DNA of 43,574 nucleotides from Methanocella sp. (GCA_050261115.1 JBLNCY010000055.1:1-43574), one strand, 5' to 3'. Positions 9,176 to 18,534 are shown, numbered from the stretch's first letter. Made by a program: numbers and translations. Notes: generated by a model not told the origin, from the letters alone.

Positions 9176-9469
9176 ATGGGTCACCTGATTAGACAGGTTA
9201 GAGTGGCTGTTTTTGCTTTTTTCTTGGTTTGTTTTGTTGGGTTAGGCGCTGTTTGTGTTGCGTCTGCTCAACCTGCAACGGTATCTGCTGAGGCACAACA
9301 ACCCAAGTTAGAGGCTAGTATGAGCGTTGATTTTGTAGGGGTTCCAGAGTTTTCAAGTGTTGGCCTGGTGATGTGGGTTGCGGTTACTTTTGCGGCTGTA
9401 GTCATTGTGATGTTTTGGCTGTTGAACCCTAAGGGGTTAAGCATGGTTAGAGACCCAGGCCATCTCTGA
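9176..9469 (+). CDS. Small secreted protein with PEF-CTERM-like sorting motif
   Basis: Signal peptide, short polar linker, VPEF immediately before a TM helix; GGGAG RBS. Confidence 0.65.
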   Translation: MGHLIRQVRVAVFAFFLVCFVGLGAVCVASAQPATVSAEAQQPKLEASMSVDFVGVPEFSSVGLVMWVAVTFAAVVIVMFWLLNPKGLSMVRDPGHL

Positions 9470-9707
9470 TGTATGCGTGTTTTGGCTGCTGTTGCTTTGC
9501 CGAAGGATCCTCGCCCTTATGTATAGAGTCAACTACGGGTTGAACCTATAATTTTATCAAATGGCAGGATGGCTTCTAACCCACATGCGATTAGTGCCAC
9601 AGGGAAAATATCATCAAAAGCGCAGAATCCTGCCCTAAATCTCAAAAAATGCAAACCTTAAATGTTTCAAGTCATTATTTGCTATAAAGCCCGACGGAAA
9701 AATCTGC

Positions 9708-10412
9708 ATGTCAGTGGTATCTGGAATTGCTAATCCGTTTCTCGGAGCGTTCGCGAGCGGTTTAGTGTTCGGTCTCGCTTACTGCACGGCCTCATGTTTG
9801 CCTGTGGTAGCCGGCTACATTGCAGGTATCGGTTCTGGTTTTAAGCAGAGTGTCCGCATCACGTTGGTGTTTAATGCTGGACGCGTGGTAGCTTACAGTT
9901 TAATTGGCGCATTAATTGGCATGTTCGGCGGCGTTCTTACTTTTTTTGTCTCCGAAGAGGCTATCGCGCCGTTTCAGGTTTATGCCTCGGTCGCATTCGG
10001 CTTAGCTACAGCGGCTATAGGCGTTTACCTTATGCTTCAAGTAAGAAAAACAAAAACCGGTTGTGAATGCAGTCAACCGCAAGTGGCAGCGGCGACCAAC
10101 CGGATGCAGCGTTACGGCGTAGACTTCGGCGCCTTCACATTAGGATTCACTAGGGGGCTAATCATATGCGCACCTCTAATTCTGCTCCTCTCAACCTCGT
10201 TTACGTTGGTTGATGCGGCGGGAAGTGTAGGTATTGCGTTCCTGTTTGGGTTAGGCACAACCATCTCGCCTATTCTGCTTTTGGGCGGCGTGACGGGGTG
10301 GCTTCTAAATAAGGCGCCGCTTTTTCGAAAATGGATATCAATAGCGGGCGGCATAGTACTACTCTTAATGGGTATAGTATCAGTTTATACAGCGTTAACT
10401 CAAGTGATATGA
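9708..10412 (+). CDS. DsbD_2/CcdA-like (TauE/SafE-annotated) multi-TM protein
   Basis: 6 TM helices; CTASCLP, FNAGR..AY, LGFTRGLIICAPL and FLFGLGT motifs. Confidence 0.8.
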   Translation: MSVVSGIANPFLGAFASGLVFGLAYCTASCLPVVAGYIAGIGSGFKQSVRITLVFNAGRVVAYSLIGALIGMFGGVLTFFVSEEAIAPFQVYASVAFGLATAAIGVYLMLQVRKTKTGCECSQPQVAAATNRMQRYGVDFGAFTLGFTRGLIICAPLILLLSTSFTLVDAAGSVGIAFLFGLGTTISPILLLGGVTGWLLNKAPLFRKWISIAGGIVLLLMGIVSVYTALTQVI

Positions 10413-10425
10413 TGGGGAGAAGGGC

Positions 10426-11409
10426 ATGGCTGGAGAAATAATAGGCGACATACTTAGGCTAACAGTGCTAGGCGGGCTGGGCATCGCAGGCATAGTTGCG
10501 ATTCTGCTCTGGAAAAAGAACCTAGCAACCCGCGTAACGTTCCTGCGATTTGTCATTCAGGCAGTCGCAGCCGCCGCAATCTTTTACGTCTTCTCATACA
10601 CCATACCCATGCTCTACGCGTTGTTGTTTATCTTTATTGCTTCGATCTTTCTTGGCCGCTTCTACTGCGGCTGGCTCTGCCCATTAGGCTTAATCCTTGA
10701 TCTAGAAAGCCTTCTTAGGCGAGCACTCAAAGTAAGACACCGAATAATCCCCGACAAACTAAACATAGCACTCCACAAAGGGCGCTACCTAATCCTGCTT
10801 GTCTTCCTACTCATACCCATAGCATTCTGGATTTCCGACCCCCAAGAAATAATGGTTTCCCCCCTAATGGCACAGCTACTCGCGGGACATTACCGGGTGT
10901 ACAACTTAATTCTTGATCCCATGATTCCCTTCGTCGTTCCCTGGAGTGGCTCAGGAACAATCGCATTGCTTGACGTGAACTTTTCTTTCCCCTATGCCCA
11001 AAACATCATAACCTTCACAAATGAAACCATAGGCCCCTTCCTCGCAATCGCTTTTGTCGCCGTAGTCTTAGTTGGCGGGTTCCTTATCCGAAGGGTCTGG
11101 TGCCGCTTCTGCCCCACAGGCGTCTCAATAGCTGCCCTTAACCAATTCAAGGCTTTCAAGGCCCTTCCATTCTTATACGTTGATAAGGATGAGAAGAAAT
11201 GCACCAAATGTGGCGTCTGCAAACGTGTATGCACTGTGCAAGTTAACGAGGTGTATGAGCAGAAGGGTGGCAAAATCGGCACTTCACAATGTATGCTCTG
11301 CGCTAGGTGTGTTGAGATGTGCCCCTATGAGGATACGTTGAAACTGAAGTTTGGTAACAAGACCGTGTTTCGTTCAAGAAACTGGTTAGAACAACCGAGG
11401 ACTGAATGA
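10426..11409 (+). CDS. NapH/MauN-type membrane 4Fe-4S protein
   Basis: TM helices, GRFYCGWLCPLG and RVWCRFCPTG motifs, plus two C-terminal ferredoxin motifs CTKCGVCKRVC and CMLCARCVEMCP. Confidence 0.9.
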   Translation: MAGEIIGDILRLTVLGGLGIAGIVAILLWKKNLATRVTFLRFVIQAVAAAAIFYVFSYTIPMLYALLFIFIASIFLGRFYCGWLCPLGLILDLESLLRRALKVRHRIIPDKLNIALHKGRYLILLVFLLIPIAFWISDPQEIMVSPLMAQLLAGHYRVYNLILDPMIPFVVPWSGSGTIALLDVNFSFPYAQNIITFTNETIGPFLAIAFVAVVLVGGFLIRRVWCRFCPTGVSIAALNQFKAFKALPFLYVDKDEKKCTKCGVCKRVCTVQVNEVYEQKGGKIGTSQCMLCARCVEMCPYEDTLKLKFGNKTVFRSRNWLEQPRTE

Positions 11410-11419
11410 GGAGAATGAG

Positions 11420-12751
11420 ATGAAAAATCAAACCCCTGAAAGAAGATATTTGCCTGAAGTTTCCCCCAAGGAAATGGAAGAACTAAGAACCACTGTGAAA
11501 GCTGCCAGCCAAAGAATCATAGCCGACAACATCGAGCGCATGAAAAAAGCTGACCCCCACCGCCCAGAAGCTATGAAGTACTTTGATGACGTCGCTAACC
11601 TCTTTGGCAAACGTCAACAGGAAATCGAGGCAGAAAAAGCCAAGGGCAAAAAAGTCATCGGGTACATGTGCCTCTTCGCCCCCACCGAACTCATAACCGC
11701 CGCAGACGCCATACCCGTCCGAGTTAACTCTGGCTGGTATGATACCTCAAAACTCGGCGACCGCGTTGTACCAGTCGAGGTTTGTCCAGTTATCCGCTCC
11801 ACCATCGGAGCCAAAATGATTCAACTCTCACCGTTCCTTGAACAAAGCGACGCACTCATAAGTGTCTTAACCTGCGATGGCATGACTAAACTCAGCGAAA
11901 TCCTAAGCGACCAAAAAACCATCTGGGGCATGAACATACCACGCGTAAAAGACTCCGCGCAATCCCTAAGATTCTGGAACGACGAAATCAGAGCCATGAA
12001 GAAACAGATCGAAGAATTCACCGGCAACAAGATTGACCGCAAAAGCCTAAAAGAAGCCATAGAAATCAGCCACCGCGCAACCAGAGTCTTCCGCCGACTT
12101 CAAGAGCTCCGCAAGGGCAACCCCGTCATAATGGGCCGAGACGCTATGCTAGTTAACCAAGCCTACCAATGGGATGACAAGGTACGCTGGACAGAAAACG
12201 CTGAAAAACTCTGTAAAGAACTCGAAGAACGCGCGGAACGCAAGGATTGGGTTGTTAGCCCCGATACACCCCGCGTTATGGTTACAGGAACCCCAATGTT
12301 TTGGCCAGACAACTGGAAGCTACCCACACTGGTCGAAGAAGGCAACCCGCCAGGCATCATCGTGGCAGACGAACAATGCAGCGGCGAACGCATACTAAAC
12401 GACCCCATCGGAGTAGACGAATGGAGCATGGATGACATGCTGAACGCCATAAGCGAACGCTACCTCATGGCATCCACCTGCCCCTGCTTCACAAGCAAAG
12501 ACGGCAACGAAGACCGCATCAACTGGTTACTCACAAAAATCAAGGACTGGAACATCCAAGGCGTCATCTACTACGTCATCCGCGGATGCATGCTCTATGC
12601 CATGGAATACAGCCGCGTAAAAAAGACCTTAGACAAAATTAATGTCCCAGTTTACTATTTGGATACAGAATACACAAGGGAAGACGTCGGTCAAATGAAA
12701 ACCCGTGTAGAGGCTTTCCTTGAAATGCTAAATGCGAGAGTGGATTTCTAA
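11420..12751 (+). CDS. 2-hydroxyacyl-CoA dehydratase-family protein, double-cubane cluster protein (DCCP)-like
   Basis: Six Cys positions matching the DCCP pattern (GYMC, EVCPVIRS, TCDG, EQCSGER, TCPCF, GCMLY) and C-terminal DVGQMKTRVEAFLEM. Confidence 0.85.
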   Translation: MKNQTPERRYLPEVSPKEMEELRTTVKAASQRIIADNIERMKKADPHRPEAMKYFDDVANLFGKRQQEIEAEKAKGKKVIGYMCLFAPTELITAADAIPVRVNSGWYDTSKLGDRVVPVEVCPVIRSTIGAKMIQLSPFLEQSDALISVLTCDGMTKLSEILSDQKTIWGMNIPRVKDSAQSLRFWNDEIRAMKKQIEEFTGNKIDRKSLKEAIEISHRATRVFRRLQELRKGNPVIMGRDAMLVNQAYQWDDKVRWTENAEKLCKELEERAERKDWVVSPDTPRVMVTGTPMFWPDNWKLPTLVEEGNPPGIIVADEQCSGERILNDPIGVDEWSMDDMLNAISERYLMASTCPCFTSKDGNEDRINWLLTKIKDWNIQGVIYYVIRGCMLYAMEYSRVKKTLDKINVPVYYLDTEYTREDVGQMKTRVEAFLEMLNARVDF

Positions 12752-13534
12752 ATGATAACAGCCGGAATGGACCTAGGAACCCAACGAGTCAAAGCCGTAG
12801 TCCTAAAAGACGGCGTAGTCGTTGGCAGAGCACAGGCTTTCTCTGGGTTTGACCCCACAAAAGCCGCCGAAGAAGCCATAAACGAAGCCCTAAAACAGGC
12901 AAACCTAAAACTAAGCGACGTACAGCACTTCGCCGCAACCGGCTCAGCAATGAGCATGGCACCCTACGAACACACCACCGTCTCTATGATGAGTGCCGAC
13001 GCCAAAGCAGGCGTGCACCTTATCCCCACCGCCCGAACCATAATTGACGTGGGCGCGGAAGAAGCAAGAGCCGTAAAATGCGACGAACGAGGAGTAATGG
13101 CAGACTTTGTAGTCAACGAACGCTGCGCCGCCGGAGCAGGAGCATTCATCGAAGCCATGGCACGAGCGTTAGAAGTTAAACTCGAAGACATGGGACCACT
13201 CTCCCTGCAAGCCGAGCGCGCAAGCCCCATCAACGCTTCATGCGTCATCTTCGGCGAATCCGACGTCGTCTCTCTAATTCACCGCCAAGAATCCAAACCC
13301 GAAATCAGCCGAGCAGTATTTGACGCCATGGCCGACCGCGTATCCTCCATGATTCACCGCTTAGGCATAAACCCCGACGTCGTCCTAGTCGGCGGCGTCG
13401 CAAAAGACATCGGGTTTGTTACATCGCTAAACCGCAAACTGGGCTTGACAGTAAAAATCCCCGAATACCCAGAATACGCAGGGGCACTTGGTGCAGCATT
13501 AATCGCCACATCACGCGTTAAAGGAGGCGCCTAA
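12752..13534 (+). CDS. ASKHA ATP-dependent activator, BzdP-like subunit
   Basis: GMDLG, DVGAEEARAV, NERCAAGAGAFIEAMARALE, CVIFGESDVVSLIH and GALGAAL. Confidence 0.85.
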   Translation: MITAGMDLGTQRVKAVVLKDGVVVGRAQAFSGFDPTKAAEEAINEALKQANLKLSDVQHFAATGSAMSMAPYEHTTVSMMSADAKAGVHLIPTARTIIDVGAEEARAVKCDERGVMADFVVNERCAAGAGAFIEAMARALEVKLEDMGPLSLQAERASPINASCVIFGESDVVSLIHRQESKPEISRAVFDAMADRVSSMIHRLGINPDVVLVGGVAKDIGFVTSLNRKLGLTVKIPEYPEYAGALGAALIATSRVKGGA

Positions 13535-13535
13535 A

Positions 13536-14435
13536 TTGACAGAGCCCGTTAAAGAAGAATTCTGGCGCTGGCAAGAATACCACCGCATTGTCCCCGGCAA
13601 GAAATGGAGCAAAAACGACATCATCACAGCAGGCGTTGACGTGGGTTCAGTCGGCTCCAAAGCAGCCATCATGGTTAACGGCGAAGCCTACGCATGGGGC
13701 ATCACACGCACCGGCTCAAACAGCCCCGAATCCGCCAAAAAAGCCCTCGACTACGCCCTACAAGACACAGGCCTCAAAGTAAGCGACCTCAACTACATCG
13801 TCGGCACCGGCTATGGCCGAGTAAACGTCCCGATGGCCAACAAAGCCATCACCGAAATCGCCTGCCATGCCAAAGGCGCCAACTACATCTGGGGCCCCAA
13901 AGTCCGCACCGTCCTAGACGTCGGCGGACAAGACATTAAAGCCATCAAAATCGACGAAACCGGCCGCGTAGTCAGCTTCCTCATGAACGACAAATGCGCC
14001 GCAGGCACAGGACGAGGCATGGAAGTCTTCGCCGATCTGCTCCAAATCCCCATCGAAGAAATAGGCGACATCTCCCTAAAAGTGGAAAAAGAACCCGACC
14101 CCGTCAGCTGCACATGCGTAGCCTTCGCAAAGACCGAAGCTATGGGCTTACTCCGCAAAGGCTGGTCCAAAGAAAAAGTCCTAGCCGCATACACACGCGC
14201 TATGGCTGTACGCATGGCTAACCTCATCAACCGCGTCGGCTTAGAACCCGAACTCGTCGTCACAGGCGGCCAATCCAAAAATATCGGTATAGTCAGCCGC
14301 ATTGAAGTCATTTTGGGACAGAAAACATTGCCGATGCCTCGATGGCGCGAAGACGGCTTAGACCCCATGGTTGCAGGCGCCCTTGGTGCCGCGTCGTTGG
14401 CGAAGTCCCTATACGAGAAGGCACAGAAGACTTAG
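13536..14435 (+). CDS. ASKHA ATP-dependent activator, BzdQ-like subunit
   Basis: N-terminal EFWRW, GVDVGSVGSK, GTGYGR, TEIACHAKGA, DVGGQD and MNDKCAAGTGRGMEVFADLL. Confidence 0.87.
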   Translation: MTEPVKEEFWRWQEYHRIVPGKKWSKNDIITAGVDVGSVGSKAAIMVNGEAYAWGITRTGSNSPESAKKALDYALQDTGLKVSDLNYIVGTGYGRVNVPMANKAITEIACHAKGANYIWGPKVRTVLDVGGQDIKAIKIDETGRVVSFLMNDKCAAGTGRGMEVFADLLQIPIEEIGDISLKVEKEPDPVSCTCVAFAKTEAMGLLRKGWSKEKVLAAYTRAMAVRMANLINRVGLEPELVVTGGQSKNIGIVSRIEVILGQKTLPMPRWREDGLDPMVAGALGAASLAKSLYEKAQKT

Positions 14436-14444
14436 GTGAGGCGG

Positions 14445-14732
14445 ATGATCACGCATTATGGCTACATCGACGGCTCAGGCGAATTCTACATAATCGTAGA
14501 TTCCGACCGATGCAGCGGATGCGGCGAATGCGTGCAAGCCTGCCCACAAAACGCCCTCACCCTTATTACTGAATTTATTGATTTGGAAGACAAGACCGTA
14601 GCGGCAATCACCGAAGAGCACCGTAAAAAGATAAAATATACCTGCGCCGCCTGCAAACCCGAAAACAAGCAGACACCCTGCATCAAAGCCTGCAAAACGG
14701 AAGCGTTAAGCTGCGTCTGGAAACCACTATAA
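14445..14732 (+). CDS. Ferredoxin, BzdM-like
   Basis: MITHYGYIDGSGEFYI N-terminus, CSGCGECVQACP and an atypical second cluster CAAC-x8-CIKAC; GGTGAGG RBS before the ATG at 14445. Confidence 0.85.
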   Translation: MITHYGYIDGSGEFYIIVDSDRCSGCGECVQACPQNALTLITEFIDLEDKTVAAITEEHRKKIKYTCAACKPENKQTPCIKACKTEALSCVWKPL

Positions 14733-14772
14733 CGAATCTAACCTTTTAAAATAAAGAAAAGATAGGGGAAGT

Positions 14773-15723
14773 TTACCGTGCTCTACGTCTTAGCAGGAAT
14801 ATTGTTACGAGCAATACAGCTGCGAACACTATTACTGCAACTATTATGAGTGTCCAAAGGTCAAGGTCCATTCCTGGTCCATCAGGGGTCGGTGACGGCG
14901 TCGCTGTAAAAGTAGGTGAAGTGGTGGGGGGCGGCGTTGGAGTGGTTGTCGTAATTGTCGGCGTTGGCGTGGGTGAGGTTGCGGCTACTGCAAGAGTAAA
15001 GTTATAGCTGTCCGGTGCGAAAACAGAGTTTTCGCTGCTACTGTGCAATCTAATGTTCCATCGGTGGCTTCCGTTTTGGCTAAAAAGCACATGGATAACG
15101 TTTTCTTCGTCCAGAACTATCGCGGTCTGGTTATCTTCAACGCGAATATCGTCTATATAGAGCGAGGCGCCTGTGAGATGATAATCTGAGCTGTTTATTT
15201 TTGGAATGAAAACAAAGCTGACATTGAAGCTATTAGTTATGGTGGCATCGTTCTGGGGGGAAACGAGCTCGACTGCGATTTCTTCGGCCATCTCGACTGT
15301 TAAGGTGCGTTCTTCGGATTGAATTATTGCGTTCTCGCTGTTTTCCAGTTTAATGGACCACAGATAGGTTCCGTTTTTGCTAATTTGGTGATAAATCGTG
15401 TTGTTCTGCCAAGGCACTATTTCTGTTTGGTTGTAGGAGACTCTTTCGCCGTTTATCCAGAGGGATGCACCTGTAATTTGGCCTGATCCGTTTATTGCTG
15501 GGTAGAAGATGAAGCTGACGTTTTTTGCGGTGTCAAATGTTGTGTCGTCTATGGGTTCTTGGAGGGTGATGGACATGTTTGAGGGGGAGGTTGTTTCTTG
15601 GAAGATTGTTATGGGGTTAGTTTCTTCTGAGGTTGATGGATCACTGATTACTGTTGGGACAAAGAAGCAGCTTACTAATAACATAAAGACGGTTATGCCC
15701 AAGTATGCTTGTTTATGGTTCAT
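14773..15723 (-). CDS. Surface glycoprotein with two tandem Ig-like repeats, Pro/Thr linker and C-terminal anchor
   Basis: Two internal repeats of about 100 aa (NVSF.F.P.IN...TGASL.I....V..NQT.IV...NG...W.I.L), many N-x-S/T sequons, PT-rich linker, TM helix and RRRAR; alternative TTG start at 15741. Confidence 0.82.
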   Translation of the reverse strand: MNHKQAYLGITVFMLLVSCFFVPTVISDPSTSEETNPITIFQETTSPSNMSITLQEPIDDTTFDTAKNVSFIFYPAINGSGQITGASLWINGERVSYNQTEIVPWQNNTIYHQISKNGTYLWSIKLENSENAIIQSEERTLTVEMAEEIAVELVSPQNDATITNSFNVSFVFIPKINSSDYHLTGASLYIDDIRVEDNQTAIVLDEENVIHVLFSQNGSHRWNIRLHSSSENSVFAPDSYNFTLAVAATSPTPTPTITTTTPTPPPTTSPTFTATPSPTPDGPGMDLDLWTLIIVAVIVFAAVLLVTIFLLRRRAR

Positions 15724-15952
15724 AAGCGCTAAATCTCTCAAATGTATATTTATAACTTTCTTAGTTCACAGATTAGAACAGTCGGCGTTAGCATGCTATA
15801 GGGCGATTTTTTTGTTTAATAGACGAAAAAGTTGATGATTTATTAGATTTTTTGCTTGCTTGTTGCATTTTTTTGTTTTTTGTTGCAGAGCTTTTTTGGG
15901 TTGTTGATGTGTTTTCTGTTGAGCGCTCTGTTAATGTTTATAAGTATGACAC

Positions 15953-16783
15953 GTGACATATCTATTGGTGGATAGAACGAAAAAACAAGTAGTAGCCACA
16001 CTCTTAATTCTCACCACAACCATCCTCTTAACAGCAACACCCAACACAACAGCAACCAACCAATGGCCAATAACCGTAACAAACCCCACCCAACAACAAA
16101 CCACACTAACCTACGACCAACTAACCACACTACCCGCCACCAGCGTATACGCAGAACTTACCTGCTACGGCTCGCAAGTAATAAGCGGACTATGGACAGG
16201 AGCAAAAATATCAGACATACTCACCCTCGCTAACGCAGACATATCCGGTGGTTCGGTATCCTTCTCAGCCCAAGACGGTTACAACATAGTTATACCCATG
16301 GAAACCGCAATGCAACCAGAAGTAATCCTAGCATACAAACTAGAATCTGATACGTTACAAGAAACATACCGACTAGTAATACCAGAAGCAAACGGTAACG
16401 TCTGGATAGCCATGGTAACATCAATAACCGTAATAGATGCCGGTGCCCCCGCTGTTCCCGAAAAATCAGCAAACCTCTTCGACGCCACCAAACTATCCGA
16501 AAACAACAACCAAAATACCTCTCCGCAGCAAACGCCAACCAAGACACCCCAGCCGGCTACACCCAAACCCACACAAGACACGACAGTCATTCAGCCAACT
16601 CCTACTCCAACAAACCAGGCCACGCCATCCCCCGCCACAACGATCCCCCAGAAGGATGAGCCCCAGAACACCATTACTTTAGAACCTGCTTACTTAGCTG
16701 TTTTTGCAGTGATAGCGGTGGCCCTCTCAGTGGGGCTGATAGGGGTGGCTAAACAGAAACAAGGCAAAAGTAGCGTCCACTAA
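15953..16783 (+). CDS. Extracellular molybdopterin-dependent oxidoreductase-domain (sulfite-oxidase/MsrP-like) protein, membrane anchored
   Basis: Signal peptide; LTCYG...WTGAKISDIL...FSAQDGY...ILAY...YRLVIP...GNVW; PT-rich linker; C-terminal TM helix. Confidence 0.8.
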   Translation: MTYLLVDRTKKQVVATLLILTTTILLTATPNTTATNQWPITVTNPTQQQTTLTYDQLTTLPATSVYAELTCYGSQVISGLWTGAKISDILTLANADISGGSVSFSAQDGYNIVIPMETAMQPEVILAYKLESDTLQETYRLVIPEANGNVWIAMVTSITVIDAGAPAVPEKSANLFDATKLSENNNQNTSPQQTPTKTPQPATPKPTQDTTVIQPTPTPTNQATPSPATTIPQKDEPQNTITLEPAYLAVFAVIAVALSVGLIGVAKQKQGKSSVH

Positions 16784-17404
16784 TCGGTTTTTTATGTTGT
16801 ACATCAAGAATGAGTATACTGGGGCAGTTGCCGCGATACTTCTGCGATTCGCTAACCATACTGCTTAGCGCCCTATGTGGTTGTCAGACAAAATGGGGGT
16901 ATAACATAACTCAGTGGCTCTCCAATGCAAGAAAAGTGAGGACTTCGAAACCTTAGCTACTGGAACACAGATCGGCTCATATAACTATAAAGAAGAAGAG
17001 CAACTCCTTCAAGCTGAAGCTTTGAAGGGAAACCAAGTAGTTTCTTATAATGGTCTGTTTCCCGATTTTTTGGCCTTACTCAATTCGTTTCCTGTCAAAG
17101 GATCTTCATGTTTTCGAAGTCATTTTAGCCGTCAGCTAAACAGCTGTTTAGCTTACGCTAAATCCATATTTCTACTACAGATCCCCGTTTCATAAGCGAT
17201 ATATCCCTTTTAGGCCCATTTTAGGCTGTTAGTGATTGGAGAACCGGTTAAGGTTGAAGGCAAGCCGGTTGCAGACCTTTTCCGTTTTCAAAGCATTCTC
17301 CTTTCTCCTCAAATGACGGAAGGCCAAAGGCTTACCAACACACTTGCTCCGATAATCCAACACTAACCAACCTTCTCAGAGACCCCAAAGTTGTAGGTTT
17401 CATC

Positions 17405-17974
17405 TTATAGTTTACGGCTGATTTCCACGCCGTCCCCACCCACCTGAATATAACGGCTCTCATAACCGCCGCCAGACCGAACATAACGAAGATAATCCGC
17501 CATCTGATCCGCAAAAACTCCAGCGTTATCCGCAAACACCACCGTACCCGCATGTAGCTTGGGTTCAGCGAGTTTTAAGTACTGCAGGTACTCAGACTTT
17601 TCCGCGTCGATAAAAACAAAATCAAATGTGCCTTCAAGCGTTGGGATTACTTCAAGCGCGTTGCCGGTTAGGATTTTGACATGGGCTGGGATGTTGGCTT
17701 TCACGATATTGTCCCCTGCCTGTTTAGCCTCATCTCGATGAATCTCAATAGTTACCAACTCGGAGTCAGGAGGCATCTCTTTCCCCATCAGAATCGCCGA
17801 GTACCCAATCAAGGTACCCACCTCAAGAACACGCCTAGGCCGGGTTTTTCGAACCTCTTCTGCAAGGTAGCGGCCTTTTTGGGGTCCGATGATGGGTAAG
17901 AATATGTTTTCCGCTTGAGCCTCAATTTTGCGCAGAACCAAATCTGCGCTGCTAACAGAGGTTGTTTGGGTCAT
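17405..17974 (-). CDS. O-methyltransferase (Methyltransf_3, YrrM/TrmR-like family)
   Basis: VLEVGTLIGYSA, TIEI, FDFVFIDAEK and VFADN. Confidence 0.9.
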   Translation of the reverse strand: MTQTTSVSSADLVLRKIEAQAENIFLPIIGPQKGRYLAEEVRKTRPRRVLEVGTLIGYSAILMGKEMPPDSELVTIEIHRDEAKQAGDNIVKANIPAHVKILTGNALEVIPTLEGTFDFVFIDAEKSEYLQYLKLAEPKLHAGTVVFADNAGVFADQMADYLRYVRSGGGYESRYIQVGGDGVEISRKL

Positions 17975-18534
17975 GGGGGCACCTTGATTTTATCTATAAA
18001 CCGTGCTTGAAGCTTAGCTATCTTGGGTGCAATTACGGCTTGACAGTAGGGTTCTCGGGGGTGCAATTTGTAGTAATCTTTGTGGTAGGTTTCTGCCTTG
18101 TAGAATTGCTTGAGGGGTTCAAGCGTTGTAACTATGGGTTGGTCATAGATGCCTTCTCGATTAAGCTCCTCGATGAGTTCCTGCGCTATTTGCTTTTGCT
18201 GTTGATTTTGGTAGAAGATGGCTGACCGGTACTGGGTGCCTATATCTGCGCCTTGCCTGTTAAGCTGGGTAGGGTCATGCATAGCAAAAAAGATCTCTAA
18301 AATCTCCTTGTAGGTGATGACTTTGGGGTCATAGAATATCTGCGCGGCCTCGACGTGGCCTGTTTGGCCTGTGGAGACCTCGCTGTAGGTGGGTTTGACT
18401 GTGGTTCCGCCTGTATAGCCAACCTCGATTCGCTCAACGCCTCGTATGATGCTAAACGCGGCTTCGATGCACCAAAAGCACCCTGCCGCCAACGTGGCAA
18501 CCTCAAGGCCGCCATTGTCCGATTGTTGACTCAT
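17971..18534 (-). CDS. msrA: Peptide-methionine (S)-S-oxide reductase
   Basis: AGCFWC, GYTGG, HDPTQLNRQGAD.GTQYRSAIF and AETYHKDYY. Confidence 0.97.
   Translation of the reverse strand: MSQQSDNGGLEVATLAAGCFWCIEAAFSIIRGVERIEVGYTGGTTVKPTYSEVSTGQTGHVEAAQIFYDPKVITYKEILEIFFAMHDPTQLNRQGADIGTQYRSAIFYQNQQQKQIAQELIEELNREGIYDQPIVTTLEPLKQFYKAETYHKDYYKLHPREPYCQAVIAPKIAKLQARFIDKIKVPP

Noticed and set aside
11420-14732. Calling the cluster a complete benzoyl-CoA reductase
   Set aside because: Only one dehydratase-fold subunit is present, with a DCCP-like Cys pattern, and there are no ring-cleavage pathway genes in the window.
14880-14990. Short tandem-like repeats (also 16500-16650)
   Set aside because: They encode Pro/Thr linkers of surface proteins; not CRISPR or DNA-level repeats. 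No CRISPR array was seen anywhere in the window.
16790-17400. Intergenic gap of about 600 bp with a 93-aa ORF
   Set aside because: No motif, RBS or repeat structure recognised.
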